Of a stretch of DNA of 52,397 nt, positions 1-8,173 are shown piece after piece. The position numbers and the translations under genes were made by a program. The notes beneath the pieces are model-generated. The model saw nothing but the letters and a program-made list of their open reading frames with translations. It had not been told where the DNA came from and made no database searches. The stretch lies in contig CAYJGX010000007.1 of NCBI GenBank assembly GCA_964369795.1, positions 1-52,397 on the forward strand, read 5' to 3'. This DNA is from an uncultured Spirochaetaceae bacterium. GTDB taxonomy: Bacteria; Spirochaetota; Spirochaetia; JAFGXN01. Position 1 is the first letter of the stretch, and each line of letters opens with the position of its first letter.

Positions 1-860
1 TAGAAAACCAAAGTGTCTAAATCTTTTTTCGCTTCGTCGGAAATAGGTGCGAAAGGCTTTCGCGATTGTCCAACATCGATGCCATGACGTTTGGTGGTTA
101 GGTAACGAACGGAATTATAGAGTCCGTGTTGCAGGATTTTTGCAATTGATTTATTAGCTTGATCTTGGATAGCTAGCGCTTCGTCCATTTTATTGGCTTT
201 AAACGCATTGTAAAGATTGATGAAAATGTCTGCTTGATAATTATATGTCGAACCAATCATGCCGTCTGCACCCATAGAAAGGCCTGCGAGAGCCATTTCG
301 TCGAACCCACTGTAGATATTGAGTTCTGGGAATTTTTCGCGGATAATTCGTAGCTCGTAGAAATTACTTGTTGTGTGGTTAACGCCATATACATTTGGGT
401 GAGTGAAAAGATTTGGACAAGATTCGAGCATCGAAACTCCTGTTAAAAATGGGATATTGTAGATAATCATGGGTTTTTCGCTTGCTTCGATAATGTCTAG
501 GTAGTAACGTTCAATCTCTTTTCCAGAAAATTTATAGTAGAAGGGAGCAAGCGAAGATATTTCATCGACTCCACATTTATTTGCAAATTTTACCATTTCT
601 ACAGCATGGTCGGTTGCTAGGGAACCTGTTTGAAACATGATATGAGCTTTGCCTTTTGCAACTCCACAAACCGTTTCAATGATCGACATTCTCTCTTCTT
701 TTGTTTGCAAGAAGGCCTCGCCAGTGCTACCACTAACATAAAATTCTTTAATGCCTTGATTCATGAGTGCGACAACTAGTTCTTCTAGTGCTTTTAAGTT
801 AATTGTTCCGTCTGCTTTGTAGGGAGTGATAAGAGCTGGAACCACGCTTCCTTTATACAT
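1..860 (-). CDS. nanA: N-acetylneuraminate lyase family protein (DapA/NanA class I aldolase fold). The 3' end runs off the window. The expected Schiff-base Lys position reads Asn.
   Basis: My own minus-strand translation from ATG 858-860 (RBS GAGGAA upstream) reads MYKGSVVPALITPYKADGTINL..VSGSTGEAF..IIYNIPFLTGV..GVNHTTSNFY..SGFDEMALAGLSMGADGMIGSTYN. It is collinear with the NanA motifs GSTGE, YNIP, GFDEM and GSTYN. It is absent from the ORF track because there is no stop inside the window. Confidence 0.85.
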   Translation of the reverse strand, partial: MYKGSVVPALITPYKADGTINLKALEELVVALMNQGIKEFYVSGSTGEAFLQTKEERMSIIETVCGVAKGKAHIMFQTGSLATDHAVEMVKFANKCGVDEISSLAPFYYKFSGKEIERYYLDIIEASEKPMIIYNIPFLTGVSMLESCPNLFTHPNVYGVNHTTSNFYELRIIREKFPELNIYSGFDEMALAGLSMGADGMIGSTYNYQADIFINLYNAFKANKMDEALAIQDQANKSIAKILQHGLYNSVRYLTTKRHGIDVGQSRKPFAPISDEAKKDLDTLVF

Positions 861-1005
861 AATATTCCTCGATTCTGTGAATTTCTTTAATTATAGAGTA
901 TATTTTGAAAAAGTAAAGAGAAAAAAGCTTAATATGCAGTTTTTTCTCTTGCAAAATCTATAAAGTATCGTATTCTATAGGTATCTATAATTACTGAGGA
1001 TTGAT

Positions 1006-3834
1006 ATGAAAGCTAAATTTATTTTTGTTTCCCTACTCTTGTTGATGGGGATTGTGACTGGGAGTTTTTTAAGTTGTGAAAGACCATCGGGGGAAGCTGT
1101 TTTTTCTTCCGAACTGAATTCGCAAAAAATAGCAAACCTAGATTCTTTGCCCGATGGGCTAGGAGTAGCAGGTGCATTTGCAGGGGTCCATAACAATGTG
1201 CTAATGATAGGGGGTGGAGCTAATTTCCTAAACCCAATATGGGAGACAAACAAGAAGTACCATTCAGATATATCTGTGCTCCAAAAAGTTGTTGGTAAAA
1301 ACAACGCGGAGGAATATATTTGGATCGACACAAATGCCGCTTTTCCCGAAGAACGAGCCTATGGCGCATCTGTCACCACAAATGAAGGAGTTATCTGCAT
1401 TGGCGGGCATAACTCAAATGGCGCACTCTCTACGGTGACACTTCTTTCATGGAATAAGACGACAAACTCGGTGGACCAAATCGAACTTCCTGCTTTGCCT
1501 TTTGGTATTACAACGGCTACGGCAGTCGTCACCTCTTCTAACTGGAAAGATGGAGTCATCTACCTTCTTGGGGGAAACAGTGCAGACGATATCACAAAAG
1601 CAGGCGACTACTTTTATTCACTAAAATTATCCGACATCAATTTAAAAGCAGAAAACCCATCAACAACGGCAGTCTGGAAGAACGAGGGCCCCCTGCCTAA
1701 CGGCGCTCGGTCGGCAGCAATTTCTGCATGGCAACACGATGGAAAAGAATATTGCCTTTTCTTAATTTCAGGACGCCGTGCAGCTCCGACAGAAGATTCA
1801 CCTCTTTTTGATTCCACTAAAGTTTATCCTTATGCAATGGAATTTTTAACCGACGCCTACAAATGGGTGCCCTCTAAAAAAGAGTGGCAAGAGTTAAGCA
1901 ACACGCCTGTTCCTATGGCGGCAGGAACAGGTTGGCCTTGGGGCTTGAACCACATCCTAGTGCTTAGCATGGATGACGGAGACTACATGAACCAACGGCA
2001 TGCGGGAACCCTTGTGGCTAACGACGACCATCCTAACTTTAAAAATATTGGCTACGCCTATCATGCAGTGACAGACACATGGACTAAAATTGAAAATCTA
2101 CCTGCAAATCATGTTCAAGTTCCTCCCGCACGCTGGGGAGATTCGGCAACGAGCCCAATTGTCATTGTTCCAGGAGAAATTAAACCCAGAATCCGAGCAA
2201 CAGAAATTTATTTAGTCTCGGTTGCGGCTCAAATGGCCTCATTTGGATTTATCAATTATTTTATTATTGTGCTTTATCTCTTTGGAATGTTAGGAGTCGG
2301 TGTTTTCTTTTATTTAAAAGATCGAAAGGTCGCAAACACCGACACCTTCTTTAAGGGCGGTGGAAAAATCCCCTTTTGGGTAGCTGCATTTAGTCTATTT
2401 GCCACAATGCTAAGTTCTATTACCTTCGTTGCTGTTCCAGGAAAGGCTTATGCGACCGATTGGACCAATTTTGTCTTAACAATTACCATGTTTGCAGTGA
2501 CTCCTTTTGTTATTAAATTTTTCTTGCCATTTTTTAGAGGGATCAAGAGTGCATCGGCTTACGAGTACTTAGAAAATCGATTTAACCTAGTCTCTCGAAT
2601 TTTTGCGGCGACCATCTTTATGATTTACCATATTCTAAGAATGGGAATCGTCATGTATTTGCCGGCGCTAGCGCTATCGTCTATTTTAAAGATGAGTCCA
2701 GATCCACAAACGAATATGGTTTTATCGATTCTAATCATGGGGCTACTTAGTGTTATTTATTGCTCCCTTGGCGGGTTATCCGCAGTTGTCTGGACCGATA
2801 CAATACAAAGTTTTGTCTTGCTCTCGGCTGCCTTTTTGACCGTATTTATCATTATTGCAAAAGTGGGCGGGTTTGGGGATTTCTTTGCCGTTGCAACGGA
2901 AGCGGGCAAATTTAATTTAGCCGTTCCAGATTTTTCTGCAGGAAGTTTTAGAAACCCAGTACTGTGGGTCGTCTTGCTCGGTGGGATTGGACAAAATCTT
3001 ATTCCTTACGCTTCCGACCAATCGATTATCCAACGCTATATGGCAGTTAAAGATATCAAAGAGACAAAAAAATCGATATGGACAAATGCCTTCTTGTCAA
3101 TTGGAGCCAATGCACTCTTTTTCTTCGTTGGGACTTCGCTCTTTGTCTTTTATAAATATTTTCCAGCCGACTTAGATCCATCGATGGCAAAAGTGGACCA
3201 AGTTTTCCCTCGTTTTATTATCCAAGAACTACCTATCGGGATTGCAGGACTTGTTGTTGCAGCTATATTAGCAGCCGCACAATCGACAGTATCGACGAGT
3301 ATCAACAGTGCAACAGCCGTTATGGTTTCCGACTACTTACAACGATTTTCTAAAAAGTCTAACCCAAAATTAGAGTTGGCGATTTCTCGCTATGGTTCTG
3401 CAGCTTTCGGAATTTGTGGAACCGTTTGTGGATTAGTATTGGTTGGATTAAACAATCCTTCAATTTGGGATAGCTTTTTGTCGATGTTAGGTCTCGTTCT
3501 TGGAGCACTTTGTGGTCTCTTCTTACTTGGAATTTTTTCAAAGCGAGCCAATGGAATTGGGGCTATCTTTGGAGTGCTTTTAGGAATTTTTACCACCTTG
3601 TTAGCCCAACGAATTGGAATACATCCTTATTTATATGGGGTTGTCAATTTAGTTGCAACACCGATGTGGGGATATCTCTTTAGTTTGGCATTTACGGTAC
3701 TTAAAGTTCCGACTTTTGCAACCTCAGAGCAAATGCAATTGTCGGGTTTAAAAGGCTTCTATTTCAGGTGGTTTTGCGCCGGAGAAGGAAAAGGAGCTCT
3801 TTATTCCTGGTTTGGGAGAAAGAATAAAGAATAA
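1006..3834 (+). CDS. Fusion protein: N-acetylneuraminate epimerase/mutarotase-like Kelch beta-propeller (NanM/YjhT-like) joined to a sodium:solute symporter (SSS, SiaT-like). It has an N-terminal signal peptide and lipobox.
   Basis: 942 aa ORF. The N-terminus MKAKFIFVSLLLLMGIVTGSFLSC resembles a lipoprotein signal. Residues about 40-390 carry Kelch-type blades with NanM-like strings (GVAGAFAGV..MIGGGANF, ERAYGASV..CIGG, GEIKPRIRATEIY). Residues about 400-900 have 12-13 hydrophobic helices typical of the SSS family. The gene is divergent from nanA. RBS GAGGA lies upstream of ATG 1006. Confidence 0.8.
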   Translation: MKAKFIFVSLLLLMGIVTGSFLSCERPSGEAVFSSELNSQKIANLDSLPDGLGVAGAFAGVHNNVLMIGGGANFLNPIWETNKKYHSDISVLQKVVGKNNAEEYIWIDTNAAFPEERAYGASVTTNEGVICIGGHNSNGALSTVTLLSWNKTTNSVDQIELPALPFGITTATAVVTSSNWKDGVIYLLGGNSADDITKAGDYFYSLKLSDINLKAENPSTTAVWKNEGPLPNGARSAAISAWQHDGKEYCLFLISGRRAAPTEDSPLFDSTKVYPYAMEFLTDAYKWVPSKKEWQELSNTPVPMAAGTGWPWGLNHILVLSMDDGDYMNQRHAGTLVANDDHPNFKNIGYAYHAVTDTWTKIENLPANHVQVPPARWGDSATSPIVIVPGEIKPRIRATEIYLVSVAAQMASFGFINYFIIVLYLFGMLGVGVFFYLKDRKVANTDTFFKGGGKIPFWVAAFSLFATMLSSITFVAVPGKAYATDWTNFVLTITMFAVTPFVIKFFLPFFRGIKSASAYEYLENRFNLVSRIFAATIFMIYHILRMGIVMYLPALALSSILKMSPDPQTNMVLSILIMGLLSVIYCSLGGLSAVVWTDTIQSFVLLSAAFLTVFIIIAKVGGFGDFFAVATEAGKFNLAVPDFSAGSFRNPVLWVVLLGGIGQNLIPYASDQSIIQRYMAVKDIKETKKSIWTNAFLSIGANALFFFVGTSLFVFYKYFPADLDPSMAKVDQVFPRFIIQELPIGIAGLVVAAILAAAQSTVSTSINSATAVMVSDYLQRFSKKSNPKLELAISRYGSAAFGICGTVCGLVLVGLNNPSIWDSFLSMLGLVLGALCGLFLLGIFSKRANGIGAIFGVLLGIFTTLLAQRIGIHPYLYGVVNLVATPMWGYLFSLAFTVLKVPTFATSEQMQLSGLKGFYFRWFCAGEGKGALYSWFGRKNKE

Positions 3835-3843
3835 AGATTCTAA

Positions 3844-3876
3844 AAGTCGAGTTTGCAAAAAACTCGACTTTTTTTA
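3844..3876 (+). terminator. Rho-independent terminator after the NanM-SSS gene
   Basis: GTCGAGTT (3846-3853) pairs with AACTCGAC (3861-3868) and is followed by a T7 run. Confidence 0.75.
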
Positions 3877-3904
3877 TTAATTTTAATTTTTGCCATAAAG
3901 AGCT

Positions 3905-3933
3905 TTGACTTCTAAAATATTTTATTTTAAAAT
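3905..3933 (+). promoter_or_regulatory. Putative sigma70-type promoter (TTGACT, 17 nt spacer, TAAAAT)
   Basis: -35 TTGACT at 3905-3910, 17 nt spacer, -10 TAAAAT at 3928-3933. It sits about 20 nt upstream of the 3955 ORF. Confidence 0.45.
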
Positions 3934-3954
3934 TTTATTAGGGTTAATAAATGA

Positions 3955-4383
3955 ATGTGGAAAAGAAGAAAAGAAATGGAAAATCTAAAGCAAAAATTAA
4001 GAAATGGGTTAAAAAAATTTATAAGAAAATCACTCTTGTTGGCTTGGGTCTTTGCTTTGTTTGGGCTCTCACCGCTACAAGCATACTCGCAGTCAATCGA
4101 TCCAGATATAAAGATCTTGAACGAAGCATTACAGAGTTACGAGGAAATAATCGACGACTTGTCCAAAACAATCGAGAGCTTTCAACATTCTCAAGAAACT
4201 TTACAGGAGATAGAGAAGAGCTATTATCAATTAGAGATCGATTACGAGAAACTACTGCAATCACAAGAGCAGCTAGCCAACGACTACAAGAGAGATCAAA
4301 TTATTTTGGGAACAAGTCTTGGGGCGGTGGCAGTTGTTTCTATTGTGACAGCCATTTTAGTGGGAGTCCTTCCGCGCAATTAA
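3955..4383 (+). CDS. Hypothetical coiled-coil protein with an N-terminal signal or anchor and a C-terminal TM helix
   Basis: 142 aa. The hydrophobic N-terminal stretch is LLLAWVFALFGLSPLQAYS, the central part is heptad-rich (EALQSYEEIIDDLSKTIESFQHSQETLQEIEKSYYQLEIDYEKLLQSQEQL), and the C-terminal TM is LGTSLGAVAVVSIVTAILVGVL. I prefer it over the overlapping 3951..4406 frame, which is Arg/Ser-rich low complexity. The start could instead be ATG 3976. Confidence 0.55.
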   Translation: MWKRRKEMENLKQKLRNGLKKFIRKSLLLAWVFALFGLSPLQAYSQSIDPDIKILNEALQSYEEIIDDLSKTIESFQHSQETLQEIEKSYYQLEIDYEKLLQSQEQLANDYKRDQIILGTSLGAVAVVSIVTAILVGVLPRN

Positions 4384-4483
4384 AAACTGCAGATGGGAAA
4401 AAATAAAAAGAAATTTTTATGAAAATAGTAAAAAAAACTAGTTTAAAAGTATCGTAAATAATAAAATTGTGCGATAATAAGTT

Positions 4484-5311
4484 ATGAAACTACCAGAGGA
4501 TATATATAATCTATTTAGAGATCTCATCTATAAAGAAAGTGGGATTAGTTTTTGTAGTGTCAATCGTGTGGTTTTAGAAAGTAGACTTTATGAAATTGTG
4601 CGAGATAAAGAACACAACGATTATCATCAATATTACAAAGAAGTCTTAAATAATCCAAAAGAACTCAAAAGCTTGCTCGATTACGTAACAACAAATTTAA
4701 CCCGTTTTTTTAGAAATCAGGGGCATTTTAATGCACTTAGGCGTCATGTTATCCCTAAATTAGTGAGTGCCAAAATAGAAAAGGATGATAAAACTTTCAA
4801 TTTTTGGAGTGCGGGTTGTTCGACGGGGGAAGAACCCTATTCAATTGCAATGCTTCTAGACGATATGTTGCCTAAAGATTTTAAAATCCGTGTCGTGGCA
4901 TCGGATTTATCTCTTTCTTGTTTAATGACAGCGAAAGAAGGACGTTATAAAAAAGAGAAGTTAAAGGAGGTTCCTGCTAATTATCTTAGAAAATATTTTA
5001 TCGAAGAGGAAGATTACTACGAGGTCACACCTTACTTAAAATCACTTGTTCGCTTCGATTACCATAATTTGAATTATACGCCCACTTATTTTTCTAATGA
5101 CCTTGTCATGTGTAGGAATGTTCTTATATACTTTGATCGTCCAGCACAGGAACGTGTAATCAATAGTTTTTGGTCGACAATGAGTGATTATGCCTACTTG
5201 TTTATTGGTCATTCGGAATCATTATTAGGCATGAATACGCCATTTAAATTTGTGCGTACACCAGATAGCTGTTTTTACAAAAAAGATTTAAAAGGAATTG
5301 GAAATGACTAA
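4484..5311 (+). CDS. cheR: Chemotaxis protein methyltransferase CheR
   Basis: 275 aa with the CheR N-terminal helical domain (TTNLTRFFRN) and SAM-binding motif FWSAGCSTGEEPYSIA..CRNVLIYF. Confidence 0.9.
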   Translation: MKLPEDIYNLFRDLIYKESGISFCSVNRVVLESRLYEIVRDKEHNDYHQYYKEVLNNPKELKSLLDYVTTNLTRFFRNQGHFNALRRHVIPKLVSAKIEKDDKTFNFWSAGCSTGEEPYSIAMLLDDMLPKDFKIRVVASDLSLSCLMTAKEGRYKKEKLKEVPANYLRKYFIEEEDYYEVTPYLKSLVRFDYHNLNYTPTYFSNDLVMCRNVLIYFDRPAQERVINSFWSTMSDYAYLFIGHSESLLGMNTPFKFVRTPDSCFYKKDLKGIGND

Positions 5312-6470
5312 AGATATCAAAGTGATGATCATCGACGACTCTTCTCTAATGAGAAAAATGTTGATAGATATTATTGAAACAGACCCAGATAATTATGTTA
5401 TCGCAACAGCAACGAATGGAGCGATGGCATTACAAAAACTTCAAACTATTTTACCCGATATCATCGTCCTCGATTTAGAAATGCCAGAAATGGATGGGAT
5501 TGAATTTTTAAAAAAGATGAATCTTTTAAAGATGACGATTCCCGTCATCATCTTGTCGGCTGTTGCTAAGAAAAATGCGGCAATTACCATCGAAGCACTG
5601 GAATTAGGAGCGAAAGACTTTATTTTAAAGCCAGCGATGGGGGATAAGTCTGGTATAGAAAAAATGTCGATGTATTTGAGATCTCAAATTTGTATTTATT
5701 CATCGACAAATCAAAATTCAAAAAGTAAAATGGATTGCAGAAATGATTTGCTTTCAGAAAATTTAGGGTTGGTAAAGAAGGCGGTTGCCGATTTAAGAAA
5801 AATGACCGATGGCGGAAATTTAAATGCGCAGTTTCCTTTCACAGAAGATCTACCACCTGCTAAAAATAAGAAAAGAAAAATAGCTAAACCTAAAATTCTT
5901 GCTATTGGAATATCAACAGGTGGCCCCTTCGCACTACGAAGCATTTTGCCGTCTATCCGAAAAGATTTTCCTTTACCTATCGTTATTGTGCAACACATGC
6001 CAGAAGGATTTACCAAAGAATTTGCAGAGAGTCTCGACGATATATGTTCAATCAAGATATCCGAAGGAAAACATGGAGAAATGTTAAAGCCTGGGCATGC
6101 CTATGTTGCACCAGGAAATATTCACATGGAAGTGGAACAAATTCAACAGTACGCCTATTTATCCATGAACGAGGGAGAGCAGGTCAATGGACATCGTCCT
6201 TCTGTCGATCTTCTTTTTAGATCCATAAAGAAGTGCTATGGTGCAGAAGCTATTGCAGTGATAATGACAGGCATGGGGAGAGATGGAGCAAAAGGACTAG
6301 GGGAACTTTATAATTCAGGAGCTCGCACCATTGCGCAAACCGAGGGGAGTTGCGTTGTTTATGGAATGCCACGAGTTGCGATTGAATGCGGTTATGCCGA
6401 ATTTAAGGAACCTTTATCTAATATTGTCAGCAGAATTTATTCTATTTTAGAAGAGTCAGCGTCGCTTTAG
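5304..6470 (+). CDS. cheB: Chemotaxis response regulator protein-glutamate methylesterase CheB
   Basis: Receiver domain (IIDDS, DLEMPEMDG, ILKP) followed by the methylesterase triad context (GISTGGP, VQHMPEGFT, MTGMGRDG). ATG 5304 overlaps the cheR stop (ATGACTAA). The ORF track starts at an upstream TTG at 5298. Confidence 0.9.
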   Translation: MTKDIKVMIIDDSSLMRKMLIDIIETDPDNYVIATATNGAMALQKLQTILPDIIVLDLEMPEMDGIEFLKKMNLLKMTIPVIILSAVAKKNAAITIEALELGAKDFILKPAMGDKSGIEKMSMYLRSQICIYSSTNQNSKSKMDCRNDLLSENLGLVKKAVADLRKMTDGGNLNAQFPFTEDLPPAKNKKRKIAKPKILAIGISTGGPFALRSILPSIRKDFPLPIVIVQHMPEGFTKEFAESLDDICSIKISEGKHGEMLKPGHAYVAPGNIHMEVEQIQQYAYLSMNEGEQVNGHRPSVDLLFRSIKKCYGAEAIAVIMTGMGRDGAKGLGELYNSGARTIAQTEGSCVVYGMPRVAIECGYAEFKEPLSNIVSRIYSILEESASL

Positions 6471-6908
6471 GCTAGGGCAGTTACCACAATCCTCGCAGCT
6501 TGCACACTCCTCGGCTCTTTTGTTTAAAATTTGTAATAAGATGGGCTGAAATTTAGATTTTGTGAATTTAGAATATAAGTAAGAGATAGCAAACGATGGA
6601 AGTAGACTCAACAGTGCAATAACGGAGGGCAACCACTCAATCTCCGAAAATTTCATGGTGGTTAGATAGATTATCAACAACAAAATAATAGGAAAAATAA
6701 AAAAAACAAATGACGTTAAAATGCTTTTTTGTGGGGATAGATAAAGTTTTAGTACTTGGCCTTCTTCAAGGGATAAATTATTGGGATTTGTGAAATCAAA
6801 AGTGGAACCTTTACTTTTGAATAAGCTTTTACAGGCACAGCCGTCGGAGCTTGGCAAAAATGCTTGTATTCGCCCTTCTTGGAAAACAGATACGGCTTCA
6901 AGCGTCAT
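6456..6908 (-). CDS. RseC/MucC-like (SoxR-reducing system) small membrane protein with a C-terminal Cys cluster
   Basis: 150 aa. It has an N-terminal soluble OB-like part with Cys residues (SSDGCACKS), two adjacent TM helices and a C-terminal CASCEDCGNC. The start overlaps the stop of the upstream YmdB-like gene by 4 nt. The 3' end overlaps the convergent cheB by 15 nt. Confidence 0.5.
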   Translation of the reverse strand: MTLEAVSVFQEGRIQAFLPSSDGCACKSLFKSKGSTFDFTNPNNLSLEEGQVLKLYLSPQKSILTSFVFFIFPIILLLIIYLTTMKFSEIEWLPSVIALLSLLPSFAISYLYSKFTKSKFQPILLQILNKRAEECASCEDCGNCPSLKRR

Positions 6909-7720
6909 TGCGACTCGACCTCATCTGCGGGTGCATTTTCGACTGGAATGCGAAGGGTCTCTACTGCAATACATTTTCCTTCGTCGTTAATGGTAAATAT
7001 AGCACCTTGCATTTCAAGATCTGCCATTGATTCTTGAGAACGAACAGGCAAGGAAGTGGTCCATTTTTTGATTTCTGGGTCGGGTTCAAAACCTCCCACC
7101 GATTGGGCACTTCCGCAGCGACCGGTATCACTGATATAGCCTGTTCCTTCTAGTATTTCGGCATCTGCGGTTAGCGCTTTACAGTGGGTCGAGGAAATAA
7201 TGGCGACTTGCCCTTTAAACATATGCAGTAGAAGTCGCTTCTCTGCTGTCGTCGATGCATGAAAATCGATGACGATAAAATCGGAGAGGGTTTTCACTTT
7301 TTCTAGTAAAGTAGGTAGGTAGGAGTAAGGATTGTTTAAAAAGAGCCTGTCAAAGCCAGAGAGCCCCATAACAGAGATAACGGCAACTTTTTTATTGTTT
7401 ACTTCAAAGACTTTCCATCCTCGGCCAGGAGATTCGTGTGGAAAGTTGATAGGACGCAAGATAGAGGACATTTTAGGGAATACTTCGACTAAGTCTTTTT
7501 TAAAAAAGGCTTTTTCTCCAAGGGTAATAAGGTCGACCCCAAGTTTGCGAATATAATTTGCATGATTTTTACCAAGCCCAAATCCCATGGTTGCACCTTC
7601 GCCATTGGCTATCACGAAGTCAATTTGTTTTTCTTCTTTAAGAGTTGTTAATTGTTTTTTAAGGGTATAAATCCCGCCTTTTCCGACGATTTCCCCTAGA
7701 AAAAGTATTTTTGTTTCCAC
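6905..7720 (-). CDS. YmdB-family (TIGR00282) metallophosphoesterase-like protein with degenerate metal-ligand motifs
   Basis: 271 aa, collinear with B. subtilis YmdB (KILFLGEIVGKGG, IANGEGAT, ITLGEKAFF, VIDFHAS, SSTHCKALTAD, ISDTGRCG). Confidence 0.75.
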   Translation of the reverse strand: METKILFLGEIVGKGGIYTLKKQLTTLKEEKQIDFVIANGEGATMGFGLGKNHANYIRKLGVDLITLGEKAFFKKDLVEVFPKMSSILRPINFPHESPGRGWKVFEVNNKKVAVISVMGLSGFDRLFLNNPYSYLPTLLEKVKTLSDFIVIDFHASTTAEKRLLLHMFKGQVAIISSTHCKALTADAEILEGTGYISDTGRCGSAQSVGGFEPDPEIKKWTTSLPVRSQESMADLEMQGAIFTINDEGKCIAVETLRIPVENAPADEVESQ

Positions 7721-7795
7721 CTTCTTAGATTACTAAATTAAAAGATCTCTTTCAATCATTATTGATGATTCTCTCATAAAAAGTTAAAGTTAATT

Positions 7796-8173
7796 ATGAA
7801 AAGAGGATATTTTCGTCCGTTAGATATCTTAATTTATGGCGTCATTGCCATCTCTCTTTGTTTTTTCGCACTCAACCTCCAAGAAGGAGAGGGAGAGTTA
7901 TATCATCTACAAGTTATGGGGGAATCCTATTATTATCCACTAGATTATAATCAAGTAGTAAAGCTAGAGGGTGTACTTGGCACCATAGAAATTTCTTTTA
8001 GCGAAGAGGGGGCGTTCTTTTTAGATTCTAGTTGCCCAGGAAAAAATTGCCTAAAAGGAAAAGCTTTGCATCGAACGGGGCAGTGGAGAGCCTGCTTGCC
8101 CAATCAAGTCTTGCTTTCGGTCGAATCGAAGGAAAAGACGAAGCCGGAGGGATTAGATGCTGTTGCTTTCTAG
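7796..8173 (+). CDS. NusG domain II-containing small membrane-anchored protein
   Basis: 125 aa with an N-terminal TM helix (ILIYGVIAISLCFFAL) followed by a small beta-rich domain. Its position immediately upstream of, and overlapping, a Gx-transporter gene is the usual partner arrangement. Confidence 0.5.
   Translation: MKRGYFRPLDILIYGVIAISLCFFALNLQEGEGELYHLQVMGESYYYPLDYNQVVKLEGVLGTIEISFSEEGAFFLDSSCPGKNCLKGKALHRTGQWRACLPNQVLLSVESKEKTKPEGLDAVAF

Noticed and set aside
975-1331. 118-aa minus-strand ORF spanning the nan promoter region and the start of the NanM-SSS gene.
   Set aside because: It is antisense to a well-supported gene, has no RBS, and its composition is typical of a shadow ORF.
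1006-2200. Apparent circular permutation of the NanM propeller relative to E. coli NanM.
   Set aside because: Kelch blades are mutually similar, so blade order cannot be assigned by eye. It would need a structure-based alignment, and I make no claim.
3951-4406. Alternative 151-aa ORF overlapping the 142-aa coiled-coil ORF.
   Set aside because: Its translation is Lys/Arg/Ser-rich low complexity after the first 45 residues. The +1-shifted 3955 frame gives a coherent signal, coiled-coil and TM protein. Only one of the two can be real.
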